A stretch of DNA of 64,000 nt, from the sequence record OR352942.1. One strand, 5' to 3'. Of this stretch, positions 45,731 to 57,705 are shown piece by piece. This stretch comes from Escherichia phage AV112. The notes beneath the pieces are model-generated. The model saw only the letters and a program-made list of their open reading frames with translations. It had not been told where the DNA came from and did not search any database. Position 1 is the stretch's first letter; every line of letters starts with the position of its first letter. The translations under genes were made by a program, and so were the position numbers.

Positions 45731-45757
45731 CCAATTTCATATTGGAAGGAGACTATC

Positions 45758-46333
45758 TTGTTATTTACATTCTTCGACCCAATAGGATATAGTGCTAAAA
45801 CAGTTAATAAGAATGCACCTACTATTCCTATGACAGACATATTTCGTAACTATAAAGAGTACTTTAAACGTGTTGCTGCCAATTATAGATTACGTTCTTA
45901 TTACATTAAAGGCTCTCCGCGTCCTGAAGAACTAGCAAACATAATTTATGGCAACCCTCAATTATACTGGGTCCTTTTGATGTGTAATGACAACTATGAT
46001 CCGTATTATGGCTGGATTACATCTCAGGAAGCAGCGTATCAAGCTTCTATTCAGAAATATGCTAATGCCGGCGGCGACCAAGTTCTTTATCATATTAATG
46101 AAAATCATGAGAAATTTTACAATTTGGTTTCATATCCGGACGAGCCTTTAGTGTGGTACGATAAAGGTGATGAAGCTCGTAAGTATCCGCAATATAAAGG
46201 ACCTTTAGCTGCAGTAGATACTTATGAAGCGGCAGTATTAGATAATGAAAAACTTCGTAAAATAAAAATTGTTGCAAAAGAAGATATAAACTCGTTTATC
46301 ACAGATTTGATTCGTGAGATGGAGATTGCATAA
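45758..46333 (+). CDS. 53: gp53 baseplate wedge protein
   Basis: 191 aa; MLFTFFDPI..AKTVNKNAPTIPMTDIFRNYK.YFKR matches T4 gp53 as recalled. Confidence 0.9.
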   Translation: MLFTFFDPIGYSAKTVNKNAPTIPMTDIFRNYKEYFKRVAANYRLRSYYIKGSPRPEELANIIYGNPQLYWVLLMCNDNYDPYYGWITSQEAAYQASIQKYANAGGDQVLYHINENHEKFYNLVSYPDEPLVWYDKGDEARKYPQYKGPLAAVDTYEAAVLDNEKLRKIKIVAKEDINSFITDLIREMEIA

Positions 46334-48066
46334 TGGAAATGATTAGCAGTAGCCTTAATTGGTTCGTTGGTGTTGTCGAGGACAGAATGGACCCATTAAA
46401 ACAAGGGCGAGTTCGAGTTCGAGTCGTTGGTCTTCATCCGGCGCAGAGAACACAAGGTGATGTACAAGGTATTCCTACAGAAAAACTTCCATGGATGACT
46501 GTTATTCAACCTATTACGTCTGCATCAATGTCAGGTATTGGTGGTTCTGTTACAGGTCCTGTTGAAGGAACTCGAGTATATGGTCATTTCTTAGACAAAT
46601 GGAAAACAAACGGGATTGTACTTGGTACATACGGTGGAATAGTACGTGAAAAGCCTAATAGACTTGAAGGTTTTTCAGACCCGACAGGCCAGTATCCGCG
46701 ACGTTTAGGTAATGATACGAACGTACTAAACCAAGGTGGTGAAGCTGGTTATTATTCGAACTCTAACGTAATTCAAGATAACAACTTAGATTATGGTATA
46801 AACCCAGACGATACAGATTTAGCAAATATTCCAGAAGATGATGACCCTAATTTTACAATAACAGAAATGTTACGTCGTGACGAAGGTCTTCGTGATAAAG
46901 TGTATTGGGACCATCTAGGGTATCCTACAGTAGGTATTGGACACCTTATCGTAATGGAAAAGACCCGAGACATGACTCGAATTAATAAATTGTTATCCGA
47001 TCAAGTAGGGCGTGAAGTAACAGGAAATCCGGGAACTATTACATTAGAAGAAGCAACAGCGTTATTTGAGAAGGACCTTGCTAAGATGCAGAAAGACATT
47101 CGTTCTAATTCTAAAGTAGGTCCTGTTTATGCTAAAATGAACAGATCTCGCCAAATGGCATTAGAAAACATGTGCTTCCAGATGGGCGTTGGCGGTGTAG
47201 CAAAATTCAATACTATGCTTAAAGCAATGGCCACAGGCGATTGGAAAACCGCATACAAATCTGGGCGCGATTCGTTATGGTTCCAACAGACTAAAGGGCG
47301 TGCTTCACGTGTAACAACAATTATTTTAACTGGTAACATGGAATCATATGGCGTTCCTGTTAAAACACCACCTTCACCAGGAGTTGGTGCCGATTTAGTT
47401 ACTAGAAATACCGATCCAGAAGACCCAGCTGGTCCTCCTGTTCCGTTAGATTCACGTATCCTTTTTAAAGAACCGGAATCAAGTTATCGTGGTGAGTATC
47501 CATATGTTCATGCTATGGAAACAGAAAGCGGTCATATCCAAGAATTTGACGATACTCCAGGTAATGAACGTTATCGCTTAGTTCATCCAACAGGGTCATA
47601 TGAGGAAGTTTCTCCGTCTGGGCGTCGTACTCGTAAAACTGTAGAAGACCTTTTTGACATCACTAATGGCGACGGGAACTTCTTGATTTCTGGTGATAAA
47701 CTTGTTAACGTTGGTGCTAATGAAATATATTATAATATGGCAGACCGCCTCCATCAAATAGACGGCAATGACACAATCTTTATTCGTGGTAACCAATCTA
47801 AAACTGTTGAAGGTGATGGAACTCTTTACGTTAAGGGTAATATCAAAATAGTCGTTGACGGAAATGCAGATATTCTTGTTAAAGGTGATGCTAAAACTCA
47901 GGTCGAAGGGAATCATGATTACACCGTCAACGGAAACGTTAAATGGACTGTTAATGGTAATGTTGATATGACTGTTGCTGGGGATTGGGCAGAAACAATG
48001 TCTACAATGAGCTCAGTAGCTTCAGGACAATACACTGTTGACGGATCTCGTATTGATATTGGGTAA
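46333..48066 (+). CDS. 5: gp5 baseplate hub / tail lysozyme (needle)
   Basis: 577 aa; N-terminal MEMIS..LNWFVGVVED, central lysozyme domain (DEGLRDKVYWDHLGYPTVGIGHLI) and C-terminal VxGxxxxxV beta-helix repeats. Confidence 0.93.
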   Translation: MEMISSSLNWFVGVVEDRMDPLKQGRVRVRVVGLHPAQRTQGDVQGIPTEKLPWMTVIQPITSASMSGIGGSVTGPVEGTRVYGHFLDKWKTNGIVLGTYGGIVREKPNRLEGFSDPTGQYPRRLGNDTNVLNQGGEAGYYSNSNVIQDNNLDYGINPDDTDLANIPEDDDPNFTITEMLRRDEGLRDKVYWDHLGYPTVGIGHLIVMEKTRDMTRINKLLSDQVGREVTGNPGTITLEEATALFEKDLAKMQKDIRSNSKVGPVYAKMNRSRQMALENMCFQMGVGGVAKFNTMLKAMATGDWKTAYKSGRDSLWFQQTKGRASRVTTIILTGNMESYGVPVKTPPSPGVGADLVTRNTDPEDPAGPPVPLDSRILFKEPESSYRGEYPYVHAMETESGHIQEFDDTPGNERYRLVHPTGSYEEVSPSGRRTRKTVEDLFDITNGDGNFLISGDKLVNVGANEIYYNMADRLHQIDGNDTIFIRGNQSKTVEGDGTLYVKGNIKIVVDGNADILVKGDAKTQVEGNHDYTVNGNVKWTVNGNVDMTVAGDWAETMSTMSSVASGQYTVDGSRIDIG

Positions 48067-48069
48067 CAT

Positions 48070-48585
48070 ATGGCACAAATACTTCCTTTAAATACCGACT
48101 TAGGAGAAGACATGGAAGGGGCGTCTATTGACGTCCTTTTTACTCCACAGTTAGAAACAACCGAAACTTTAGTGTCAATAAATATAACAGATTATGAACC
48201 GACACAAGGCATTACGGTAGATGGTAATCGTTTATATGGAACATATGAAAGTGTGTTTAGCTTTTCTTCGGATGCATTGAAATACCGATTAAATGACGAT
48301 TTTGAAACCGCATCTTCATGGGACGATTTACCAAAAGATGAATCCACACAGTTATATTTGTGGAGAGCTCCTCAGAATCTTCGTAAAGTGTTTAGTTATA
48401 CGGTTGAAATGATTTATAACTACCAAGAAGAAAGTTCATCAGGCGGCTCTAGAAGTGACTCTGGTACAGAACCTCCACCGGCTCCAGTACAAAAAACTCT
48501 TACTAAGGTTTATACAAAAACTATAGTAGGAAATTGGAGCAAATGGGCTCGACAATTACGAAACTATGTTTATGTGAGGCCGTGA
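48070..48585 (+). CDS. 5.1: gp5.1-like protein
   Basis: 171-aa ORF directly after gene 5. Confidence 0.6.
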   Translation: MAQILPLNTDLGEDMEGASIDVLFTPQLETTETLVSINITDYEPTQGITVDGNRLYGTYESVFSFSSDALKYRLNDDFETASSWDDLPKDESTQLYLWRAPQNLRKVFSYTVEMIYNYQEESSSGGSRSDSGTEPPPAPVQKTLTKVYTKTIVGNWSKWARQLRNYVYVRP

Positions 48586-48587
48586 AA

Positions 48588-48881
48588 ATGTCTGGCTTAA
48601 GTTACGACAAGTGCGTTACAGCAGGTCATGAAGCATGGCCTCCTACTGTAATAAATGCTTCCCAATCTAAAGTGTTCACCGGTGGTATTCCTGTTCTTGT
48701 GGCAGGAGACCAAATAACACCTCATACAGAAACTAAAAAACCATACGAGACTCATGGAGGTGTTACTGAACCTCGTACATCTAAAGTATACGTCACCGGT
48801 AAAAAGGCCGTTCAAATGGCCGACCCAATTTCATGCGGGGATACTGTTTCTCAGGCCTCGTCAAAAGTCTTTATAAAATAG
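48588..48881 (+). CDS. 5.4: gp5.4 PAAR-repeat spike-tip protein
   Basis: About 97 aa from [14 protein letters not shown]...; Cys/His metal ligands typical of PAAR proteins. Confidence 0.75.
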   Translation: MSGLSYDKCVTAGHEAWPPTVINASQSKVFTGGIPVLVAGDQITPHTETKKPYETHGGVTEPRTSKVYVTGKKAVQMADPISCGDTVSQASSKVFIK

Positions 48882-48889
48882 GAATTAAA

Positions 48890-50863
48890 ATGGCAAACAC
48901 TCCTGTAAATTATCAATTAACCCGAACAGCGAATGCTATTCCCGAGATTTTTATCGGGGGCACATTTGCCGAAATCAAACAGAACATTATCGAATGGCTC
49001 AATGGACAGAATGAATTTCTTGATTATGATTTTGAAGGTTCGCGTTTAAACGTATTGTGTGACCTTTTAGCATATAACACTCTTTACATCCAACAGTTCA
49101 GTAATAGTGCAGTGTATGAAAGTTTTATGCGTACTGCAAACTTGCGTAGTTCTGTTGTACAAGCGGCTCAAGATAACGGATATCTGCCTTCATCTAAATC
49201 AGCAGCACAAACAGAAATTATGCTCACATGTACGGATGCATTAAATAGAAACTATATCACCATTCCACGCGGCACTCGTTTCTTAGCATACGCTAAAGAT
49301 ACTTCTGTTAACCCGTATAACTTTGTTTCTACTGAAGATGTCATTGTAGTTAAAGACAAAAATAACCAATATTTTCCACGTCTTCGATTAGCTCAAGGAC
49401 GTATTGTTCGCACTGAATTAACATTTGATAGATTAAAACCTATCATTATTCGTGATAAGAATATTGACCGTAATTTGGTTAAGTTGTATGTTGACGGAGC
49501 AGAATGGATTAACTGGACTCGTAAGTCGATGGTTCACGCTGGTTCTACGTCAACAATCTATTATATGCGTGAAACAGTTGATGGGAACACTGAATTTTAT
49601 TTTGGTGAAGGCGAAATTTCTATTAACACATCAGAAGGTGCGTTAACATCTAACTATATTGGTGGCCTTAAACCTGTTCAGGGTTCTAAAATTGTAATTG
49701 AGTATATTTCTACTAACGGCGCAGATGCTAACGGTGCTGTAGGATTTTCTTATGCCGATACATTAGCTAATATCACGGTAATCGGTATTAACGAGAACCC
49801 TAGCAATAACCCAGACTTTGTTGGGGCTGATGGTGGTGGCGACCCTGAAGATATTGAACGTATCCGCGAATTAGGCACAATTAAACGCGAAACTCAACAA
49901 CGTTGTGTAACTGCTTCCGACTATGACACATTCGTCTCTGAGCGGTTTGGTTCTATTATTCAAGCGGTTCAAACATTCACAGATTCATCTAAGCCTGGGT
50001 ACGCATTTATTGCTGCTAAACCTAAGTCTGGGTTGTATTTGACTTCTGTTCAACGTGATGATATCAAAAACTATTTAAATGATTATAACTTAGGGACTAT
50101 TACACCTGTTGTTATTTCGCCTGATTATTTGTTTATCAAAATGAATATCAAAGTTACGTACGCGTTGAATAAACTCCAAGAATCAGAACAATATCTTGAA
50201 GGGCAGATTATTAATAAAATAGACCGTTATTATATTGAAGATGTAGAAATTTTTAACTCATCATTTGCAAAATCTAAAATGCTAACTTATGTCGATGATG
50301 CAGATATTTCTATTATTGGTTCTTCAGCTACTATTCAAATGGTTCGCGAAGTACAAAACTTCTATAAAACGCCTGAGGCCGGTATTAAATACAATAATCA
50401 GATTAAAGATAGATCGATGGAATCTAATATATTCTCGTTTGATTCACACAGACCTAATCCAGAAAATGCAAACGAAACTATTAAATATGGTGTTCGCATA
50501 GTATCTTCTGACCGTAATGACCGTGGCATAGGTCAAGTTATTATTGGTCCATTTGCAGACGGCGATGTTGTTGAAAACGAAAATATACAACCTTATACAG
50601 GTAATGATTTTAATAAACTTACTGTTACTGACGGACGAAACAAATACTATTCAATTGGTGAAGTGAATTATCCTGCCGATTCGATTTATTGGAACATTGC
50701 TAAAATTGACCTCACTTCAGACCGTTTTGAAGTTCAAACAATTGAACTTTATTCCGACCCTGCAGATGATATTATTTTTACAAAGGATGGTTCTTTAATC
50801 GTATTCGAAAATGACTTACGTCCTCAGTACTTAACTATAGATTTGGAGCCTATTTCACAATGA
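48890..50863 (+). CDS. 6: gp6 baseplate wedge protein
   Basis: From MANTPVNYQLTRTANAIPEIF..., matching the T4 gp6 N-terminus as recalled; the track start lies upstream in the gp5.4 overlap. Confidence 0.9.
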   Translation: MANTPVNYQLTRTANAIPEIFIGGTFAEIKQNIIEWLNGQNEFLDYDFEGSRLNVLCDLLAYNTLYIQQFSNSAVYESFMRTANLRSSVVQAAQDNGYLPSSKSAAQTEIMLTCTDALNRNYITIPRGTRFLAYAKDTSVNPYNFVSTEDVIVVKDKNNQYFPRLRLAQGRIVRTELTFDRLKPIIIRDKNIDRNLVKLYVDGAEWINWTRKSMVHAGSTSTIYYMRETVDGNTEFYFGEGEISINTSEGALTSNYIGGLKPVQGSKIVIEYISTNGADANGAVGFSYADTLANITVIGINENPSNNPDFVGADGGGDPEDIERIRELGTIKRETQQRCVTASDYDTFVSERFGSIIQAVQTFTDSSKPGYAFIAAKPKSGLYLTSVQRDDIKNYLNDYNLGTITPVVISPDYLFIKMNIKVTYALNKLQESEQYLEGQIINKIDRYYIEDVEIFNSSFAKSKMLTYVDDADISIIGSSATIQMVREVQNFYKTPEAGIKYNNQIKDRSMESNIFSFDSHRPNPENANETIKYGVRIVSSDRNDRGIGQVIIGPFADGDVVENENIQPYTGNDFNKLTVTDGRNKYYSIGEVNYPADSIYWNIAKIDLTSDRFEVQTIELYSDPADDIIFTKDGSLIVFENDLRPQYLTIDLEPISQ

Positions 50864-53800
50864 CAGTAAAAGCGCCAGCAGTCACAAGTCTCAGAATATC
50901 CAAGTTGTCCGCTAACCAAGTTCAAATACGCTGGGATGACGTTGGTGCTAATTTCTACTATTTCGTAGAAATCGCTGAGACTAAAACGTCAGACGGGGAA
51001 ATAATTCCACCTGCCAACTACAGATGGGTAAATTTAGGATATACTCCTAATAGCAACTGGTTCGAAAATAGCTTAGACCCATTAACTTCTTATATTATTC
51101 GTGTATCAACTGCCGCCGAAGGCTTCGAGAGATCTGATTGGGTATATACCGAAATATTTGAATCATTTCAGACCAACGCGTATACATTTCAACATATGAT
51201 TGAAATGCAATTGGCTAACAGTTTTATTAGAGAAAAATTTACAAATAACAACATGGCTTATGTCGATTTTAATAACGACACTATAATGGCAGCTCTAATG
51301 AATGAATCGTTCCAATTTAGCCCTGCTTATGCGGATATTTCATCTATTAAAAATTTCATTATTGGCGAAAATGAGTATCATGAAATTCAAGGTTCGATTC
51401 AACAGGTGTGTCATGATATAAACCGTGTTTATTTGATGGAATCCGAAGGAATTCTTTATTTGTTTGAACGGTATCAGCCTGTGGTTAAAGTCTCTAATGA
51501 TAAGGGACAAACCTGGAAATCGGTTAAATTGTTTAATGACCGTGTAGGGTACCCTGTATCAAGAACAGTGTATTACCAGACGGATCACACCACGTATGTT
51601 CTTGGGTATGATAAATTATTTTACGGCCGTAAATCAACCGACGTTCGTTGGTCTGCCGATGATGTGAGATTTAGTTCTCAAGATATAACATTTGCTAAAA
51701 TTGGCGACCAATTAAATTTAGGATTTGATGTAGAAATATTTGGTAACTACGCATCATTACCTGCTAACGTATCACGTATTGCAGAAGCTATCGTTTGCAA
51801 TGACGATTATGTATACGTTGCTGCTCGAGATAAAGTTCGTTTTATTAAAACTAGTAATGCCCCTATTGATTCGGACCCGTTATCTCCGACATATTCCGAA
51901 CGTTTGTTTGAACAAGAAACATTTAACATCACAGGTAACCCTAAGGCAGTTTGCTATAAAATGGATTCTGTCGGTGGTAAAATATTTGCACTGATTGTCG
52001 GTGAAGTTGTTAATCTTAATGACGACCCGAGGACCACTCCTATTGTTGATTCTGCTGATAAGGGTGTTTACGTTCTAGACCATGATGCTGGCACATTTAA
52101 ACGTGTGTTTGGTAATACTGAAGAAGAACGCCGTCGTATTGAACCTGGGTACACCAGTATGTCTACTGATGGTGTTGAGTTATCTATTTCATCTAGTAAT
52201 TTTAAATTTTTAGAATCAGATATTGTTGATGACCAAAAAACACAAGTCAAGTACGGTTTAAACGGTGCTGTTAAATACGAGTATCCTCGCGAATGGTTGG
52301 CTGATAAACATTATCATATGATGTCATTTATTTCAACTGAAGACTCTCAATGGGAATCGTTCACTCCTCAACCGATGGAATACTATGCTGAGCCATTCTT
52401 TAGTTATTCTAGAAAGTCTGGTACTCGTTGTTGGATTAATAACTCAGACAAGGCCGTTGTAATTTATTCTGATTTACTTTACACTAAGGTTATTGAGAGT
52501 CATCCACTTAGTTCTCCAGACCGTGAAGTTCATGAATATTGGAAGGACGGTGACTGTACAATAGTGATGCCTAACGTAGATTTCACCGGATTTAAAAAAT
52601 ATGCATCTGGCATGATTTTCTATAAAGCATCAGGTGAGATTATTTCTTATTATGATTTTAGTTACCGTGTTAGAGATAATGTTTCTATAATTTGGAAGCC
52701 TACTAATGTATTCTTAACAGCATCGTTACAAAACCAAGAAAAAGATACCACATGGTCTCCTGTGGAAGAGAACGGTATTGCGGACCCAGATTTACGACCA
52801 TTGCTCACTACAATGATGCCGGAGTCTTATCTTTTAGATAATACAAACTTCGAAGCATTCTGCGAGGCTTATATTCAGTATCTTTCTGACGGCTATGGGA
52901 CCCATTATAACAACCTTTTAAATCTTATTAAAAATCAATATCCGCGAGAAGAACATGCGTGGGAATATTTATGGTCTGAGATTTATAAACGAAACATTTA
53001 CTTAAACGCCGAAAAACGCGATTTAGTGTCTCGTTTCTTTGAATCAAGAAGTTATGACTTCTATTCAACTAAAGGAACTGAAGCATCATATAAATTCTTG
53101 TTTAAAGTGCTTTATAATGAAGATGTTGAAATTGAAATTGAATCTAGTTCCGGGACCGAATATGATATCATCATTGAATCTGATTCGTTGACAGAAGATT
53201 TGGTCGGACAAACCATATACACCGCTACAGGACGTTGTAATGTGACGTATATCGAGAGAAGTTACTCTAAAGGTAAATTACAATGGGCTGTAACAATTCA
53301 CAACCTCTTAGGTCGTTTAATCCAAGGACAGGAAGTTAAAGCTGAAAGACTCCCTGGTTTTGAAGGTGAAATTGTTCGTGGTATTAAAGGTAAGGAGCTT
53401 TCTCAGAACAACATCGATTACATAAATCGTGGTAGAGCATACTACGTAATGAAGATTAAATCTAAACTTCCATCATCTCGTTGGAAATCAGACGTATTAC
53501 GTTTTGTTCATCCGGTTGGATTTGGATTTATCGCAATTACCCTTCTCACAATGTTTATTAACACCGGATTAACACTTAAACATGTTGAAACCATTATTAA
53601 TAAATACAAAAACTATAAGTGGGATTCTGGATTACCGACTAAATATGCAGACCGAGTGGCTAAATTAGACCCACAAGGAAATGTTGAGTTTAACCCTATT
53701 ACAGGTGAAGCGATATATGAAATAGGCCCTATGGCTGGTCAAGATTATCCATTGCCTGAAGATTATAACGCTGAAAACAATAACTCCATATTTCAAGGTC

Positions 53801-53958
53801 AACTTCCATCGGAACGACGTAAACTGATGAGCCCATTATTTGATGCGTCCGGAACAACATTCTCTAGATTTAGAGATTTGGTTGAACAACGGTTAATCGA
53901 TAATGTAGGAAATCCAAGAGACCCCGTGAATCCACCACAGGTTAAATTAGATGAATGA
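50860..53958 (+). CDS. 7: gp7 baseplate wedge protein
   Basis: 1032 aa, same length as T4 gp7; ATGA-type overlap with gene 6. Confidence 0.9.
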   Translation: MTVKAPAVTSLRISKLSANQVQIRWDDVGANFYYFVEIAETKTSDGEIIPPANYRWVNLGYTPNSNWFENSLDPLTSYIIRVSTAAEGFERSDWVYTEIFESFQTNAYTFQHMIEMQLANSFIREKFTNNNMAYVDFNNDTIMAALMNESFQFSPAYADISSIKNFIIGENEYHEIQGSIQQVCHDINRVYLMESEGILYLFERYQPVVKVSNDKGQTWKSVKLFNDRVGYPVSRTVYYQTDHTTYVLGYDKLFYGRKSTDVRWSADDVRFSSQDITFAKIGDQLNLGFDVEIFGNYASLPANVSRIAEAIVCNDDYVYVAARDKVRFIKTSNAPIDSDPLSPTYSERLFEQETFNITGNPKAVCYKMDSVGGKIFALIVGEVVNLNDDPRTTPIVDSADKGVYVLDHDAGTFKRVFGNTEEERRRIEPGYTSMSTDGVELSISSSNFKFLESDIVDDQKTQVKYGLNGAVKYEYPREWLADKHYHMMSFISTEDSQWESFTPQPMEYYAEPFFSYSRKSGTRCWINNSDKAVVIYSDLLYTKVIESHPLSSPDREVHEYWKDGDCTIVMPNVDFTGFKKYASGMIFYKASGEIISYYDFSYRVRDNVSIIWKPTNVFLTASLQNQEKDTTWSPVEENGIADPDLRPLLTTMMPESYLLDNTNFEAFCEAYIQYLSDGYGTHYNNLLNLIKNQYPREEHAWEYLWSEIYKRNIYLNAEKRDLVSRFFESRSYDFYSTKGTEASYKFLFKVLYNEDVEIEIESSSGTEYDIIIESDSLTEDLVGQTIYTATGRCNVTYIERSYSKGKLQWAVTIHNLLGRLIQGQEVKAERLPGFEGEIVRGIKGKELSQNNIDYINRGRAYYVMKIKSKLPSSRWKSDVLRFVHPVGFGFIAITLLTMFINTGLTLKHVETIINKYKNYKWDSGLPTKYADRVAKLDPQGNVEFNPITGEAIYEIGPMAGQDYPLPEDYNAENNNSIFQGQLPSERRKLMSPLFDASGTTFSRFRDLVEQRLIDNVGNPRDPVNPPQVKLDE

Positions 53959-54955
53959 TTCAAGTGTTATCTATCGTGCAATAGTTACATCAAAATTTAG
54001 AACAGAGAAAATGCTGAATTTTTATAATTCAGTCGGGGATGGAGATGATAAGAACTCCATTTATATTACGTTTGGACGTTCAGAGCCTTGGGCGTCAAAT
54101 GAAAATGAGGTGGGCTTCGCCCCACCTTATCCTACAGATTCTGTTCTTGGTGTTACTGATATGTGGACCCATATGATGGGTACCGTTAAAGTTTTACCTT
54201 CAATGTTAGATTCTGTTATTCCTAGACGTGATTGGGGAGATGTGCGATATCCAGACCCTTACACGTTTAGAATTAACGATATAGTCGCATGTAATACTGC
54301 TCCGTACAACGCGACAGAAGTTGGAGCTGGTTGGTTAATTTACCGTTGTTTAGATGTCCCTGACGTAGGGCTCTGTTCAATAGAATCTTTAGATAATAAA
54401 GATGAATGTCTTAAATTAGGTGGTAAATGGACTCCGTCTGTTCGTTCTATGTCTCCTCCTGAAGGCAGAGGCGATGCTAATGGGGTTATCGAAACTGGTG
54501 ATGGATATATTTGGGAATACCTTTATGAGATTCCTGCCGATGTGTCAATTAACCGTTGCACTAATGAATATCTTGTAGTTCCATGGCCGGAAGAAATTAA
54601 AGAAGACCCAACCCGTTGGGGATATGAAAATAACTTAACTTGGCAACAAGACGACTATGGCTTGATTTACCGTGTTAAAGCCAATACGATGCGGTTTAAA
54701 GCATATTTTGATTCTGTTTATTTCCCTGAGGCAGCTTTGCCTGGTAACAAGGGTTTTAGGCAGATATCAATTATCGCAAACCCGTTAGAAGCTAAGAAAA
54801 ATCCAAATGACCCTAATGTTAAAGCAGAAAAAGATTATTACGACCCTAGAGACCTGCAGCGTCATTCCGGTGAAATGATTTATATGGAAAACCGACCACC
54901 TGTTATTATGGCAATGGACCAAACAGAAGAAATTAACATTTTGTTTATGTTTTAA
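53951..54955 (+). CDS. 8: gp8 baseplate wedge protein
   Basis: 334 aa, same length as T4 gp8. Confidence 0.88.
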   Translation: MNDSSVIYRAIVTSKFRTEKMLNFYNSVGDGDDKNSIYITFGRSEPWASNENEVGFAPPYPTDSVLGVTDMWTHMMGTVKVLPSMLDSVIPRRDWGDVRYPDPYTFRINDIVACNTAPYNATEVGAGWLIYRCLDVPDVGLCSIESLDNKDECLKLGGKWTPSVRSMSPPEGRGDANGVIETGDGYIWEYLYEIPADVSINRCTNEYLVVPWPEEIKEDPTRWGYENNLTWQQDDYGLIYRVKANTMRFKAYFDSVYFPEAALPGNKGFRQISIIANPLEAKKNPNDPNVKAEKDYYDPRDLQRHSGEMIYMENRPPVIMAMDQTEEINILFMF

Positions 54956-54958
54956 TTA

Positions 54959-54983
54959 GGGAGCCTTCGGGCTCCCATTTTTG
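54959..54983 (+). terminator. rho-independent terminator after gene 8
   Basis: gggagcc-ttcg-ggctccc followed by atttttg. Confidence 0.7.
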
Positions 54984-54987
54984 TATC

Positions 54988-54995
54988 TATAAATA
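54988..54995 (+). promoter_or_regulatory. T4-type late promoter TATAAATA upstream of gene 9
   Basis: Exact TATAAATA about 33 nt upstream of the gene 9 start. Confidence 0.7.
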
Positions 54996-55027
54996 GAATA
55001 TAATATCGGACAACAAAAGGCAGAATT

Positions 55028-55900
55028 ATGGCATTTTTTAAGCAAACTCCTAAACAATTAATCGATACCGGCGAAATTGGTAATGCCTCAACAGGTGATA
55101 TCTTATTCGACGGTGGTAATAAAATAAATGACGATATCAACGCTATTTACAATGCATTTGGCGATCAACGTAAAATGGCTGTAGCAGATGGAACCGGACC
55201 TACAGGTCAAACTATTCATGCCACAGGTTATTATCAAAAAGGAAAGGCGGTCGATTATCAAACTCCTATTAAACCCGGCACCATGCATGATATTGATGCT
55301 TCTGATGGTGGTGTGATTGTTATTATTGACCGTCCTGAATTAGGTGACTCTGTAGAATTCATAAACTCTAATGGGTCTATTTCTGTTAACAATCCTTTAA
55401 GTATCCAAGTAACCGATGGTTCAATTAAAGGCGTTCTTAATAATCTTGTTATTTCCACCCCTTATACCCATGTTGTTCTTCGTTGTATTGAACTTAATGG
55501 GACAACTTCAGTATGGAATTATTCTACTGATAGCATGTTTGGGCAGAAAGAATCTCCTGTCGATGGGACCTGGAGTCTTACAGGAAACACAGTTTCTATT
55601 CCTCTGTTTTATCGCACAGATTATAACATGGCTAAATTGCTTGTTACATGTCAATCCGCCGACGGTAGAAAAATAAAAACATGCGAAATAAATATTCTAA
55701 TAGATACAATTAACTCAGAAGTTCTTTCTACCGAATTTGCAGTAATGCGAGTTGGTAATGTAGATGAAACCGACGAGATTGCTAATATTAGCTTTAGTAT
55801 TATTAACAACTTTGTTACTATGACGATTACATCTGATATTATTGGATTACGTTCAGCAGTTAAAATTATCTCAACTCAGAAAATTGGGGTCGCTCAATAA
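55028..55900 (+). CDS. 9: gp9 baseplate protein (long-tail-fibre socket)
   Basis: 290 aa; LIDTGEIGNASTGDILFDGGNKIN...AIYNAFGDQRKMAV matches T4 gp9 as recalled. Confidence 0.9.
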   Translation: MAFFKQTPKQLIDTGEIGNASTGDILFDGGNKINDDINAIYNAFGDQRKMAVADGTGPTGQTIHATGYYQKGKAVDYQTPIKPGTMHDIDASDGGVIVIIDRPELGDSVEFINSNGSISVNNPLSIQVTDGSIKGVLNNLVISTPYTHVVLRCIELNGTTSVWNYSTDSMFGQKESPVDGTWSLTGNTVSIPLFYRTDYNMAKLLVTCQSADGRKIKTCEINILIDTINSEVLSTEFAVMRVGNVDETDEIANISFSIINNFVTMTITSDIIGLRSAVKIISTQKIGVAQ

Positions 55901-57705
55901 TGAAACAAAATATTAAAATTGGTAACGTCGTTGATGACGGACAAGGCGATTACCTTCGTCGAGGTGGTGAAAAAATAAATGAGAACTTTGACGAAATCTA
56001 TTATGAATTAGGTGATGGTGAAGTTCCTTATTCCGCTGGTGCATGGAAGACTTATGATGCGGCTGATGGTCTTAATCTTAATGCTGCTTGGGGTAAATCT
56101 TATGCAATTAATACTACTTCTGGGCGAGTTTCGGTAAATCTTCCTAAAGGGACAATTGCAGACTATAATAAAGTTATTCGTGCTCGTGACGTATTTGCAA
56201 CTTGGAACATTAACCCTGTTACTTTAATTCCGGCAAACGGAGACACGATTAAAGGTTCTTCATCTCCGGTAGAAATTAACGTTCAGTTCTCTGATTTAGA
56301 ATTAGTTTATTGTGCTCCTGGACGTTGGGAATATATCAAGAACAAACAAATTGATAAAATAGTTAGCTCTGACATTAGTAATGTTGCTCGTAGAGAATAT
56401 CTGGTTGAAACCCAAGGTCAGACCGATTTCATGGATGTTTTTAACGGGACCTCTTATAACGTTAACAACATTCGTGTAAAACATCGTGGCAACGAATTGT
56501 ATTATGGTGATGTATTCAGCGATAATAGTGATTTTGGTTCTCCAGGCGCTAATCCTGGTGAACTGGTTGCACTTGATGGATTTAATATTAGATTACGCCA
56601 ACCATGTAATGTTGGGGACACTGTACAAATTGAGACATTCTTAGATGGTGTTTCTCAGTGGCGCAGTTCATATACTCGTCGCCAAGTTCGCATTTTAGAT
56701 AGTAAATTGACCGCTAAAAAGTCTATTGATGGAAGTATTTACGTCACTGATTTGAGTACGTTCCGGTCTATTCCATTTACAGCATTTGGTATTAATCCTA
56801 CGGAACCACCTAACCCGAATTCGTTAGAAGTTCGCTTCAATGGTATTCTCCAAGAATTAGCTGGTACTGTTGGAACTCCTATTTTCCGTTGTGAAGGTGT
56901 GGATGCTGATTCTGAAGAGACATGCGCTAATCTCGGTGGGACATGGACTCAATCATATACAGATTATGCGATTGAATATACTGATAATATCCCTAGCGCA
57001 ATTTTGTTTGACCGTCAATTTGAAGACCAAGACATTATTACCATCACATGGTTTAATAACGATTTAGGAACTCTTCTTGAAATGGAAGAAATCCTTGATG
57101 TCGCTGATGAGAAATATGTTTCTCAAGGGTCTAACATTGAAATTACTGGTGACGTTGCATTAACCGATTTCGATAAAATTGGATGGCCTAATGTAGAACC
57201 TGTTCCTAAGTATGAACGTGAATTCTCGACTATCTCAGCAATATTTGATACAATTTATCCTGTCGGGACTATTTACGAAAATGCGGTTAACCCTAATAAT
57301 CCGGCAACTTATTTAGGTTTTGGTTCGTGGAAAATTTGGGGACAAGGCAAAGTATTAGCAGGTTGGAATGATGACGCGTCAGATCCTAATTTTGCATTAA
57401 ATAATAATGACCTTGACGTCAATGGTAACCCTACTCATACCGCAGGTGGGACCGTTGGTGTAACAACCATCACATTAGAAAATGCTGATTTACCAGCTAC
57501 ACAAACCGATGAAAAGGTTCTTATTTCTGATGATAATGGTACAGTAATTATAGGCGGTTGCCAATATGACCCAGATGAAGAAGGTCCTATTTACACTAAA
57601 TATCGTGAAGACCATGCAAAGACTAATGGATCTCATGTTCCAGCGCGTTCTATAACTAATATTCAGCCATCTATAACTGTATACCGTTGGGTAAGGATTG
57701 CATAA
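55900..57705 (+). CDS. 10: gp10 baseplate wedge protein
   Basis: 601 aa (T4 gp10 about 602); N-terminal GD-x-L-x-x-GG-x-KIN motif shared with gp9. Confidence 0.9.
   Translation: MKQNIKIGNVVDDGQGDYLRRGGEKINENFDEIYYELGDGEVPYSAGAWKTYDAADGLNLNAAWGKSYAINTTSGRVSVNLPKGTIADYNKVIRARDVFATWNINPVTLIPANGDTIKGSSSPVEINVQFSDLELVYCAPGRWEYIKNKQIDKIVSSDISNVARREYLVETQGQTDFMDVFNGTSYNVNNIRVKHRGNELYYGDVFSDNSDFGSPGANPGELVALDGFNIRLRQPCNVGDTVQIETFLDGVSQWRSSYTRRQVRILDSKLTAKKSIDGSIYVTDLSTFRSIPFTAFGINPTEPPNPNSLEVRFNGILQELAGTVGTPIFRCEGVDADSEETCANLGGTWTQSYTDYAIEYTDNIPSAILFDRQFEDQDIITITWFNNDLGTLLEMEEILDVADEKYVSQGSNIEITGDVALTDFDKIGWPNVEPVPKYEREFSTISAIFDTIYPVGTIYENAVNPNNPATYLGFGSWKIWGQGKVLAGWNDDASDPNFALNNNDLDVNGNPTHTAGGTVGVTTITLENADLPATQTDEKVLISDDNGTVIIGGCQYDPDEEGPIYTKYREDHAKTNGSHVPARSITNIQPSITVYRWVRIA

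Noticed and set aside
52068-52250. Short minus-strand ORFs inside the late structural genes (for example 52068-52250, 47596-47916, 60426-60626)
   Set aside because: Antisense to long conserved structural genes; the late region is transcribed from the plus strand.
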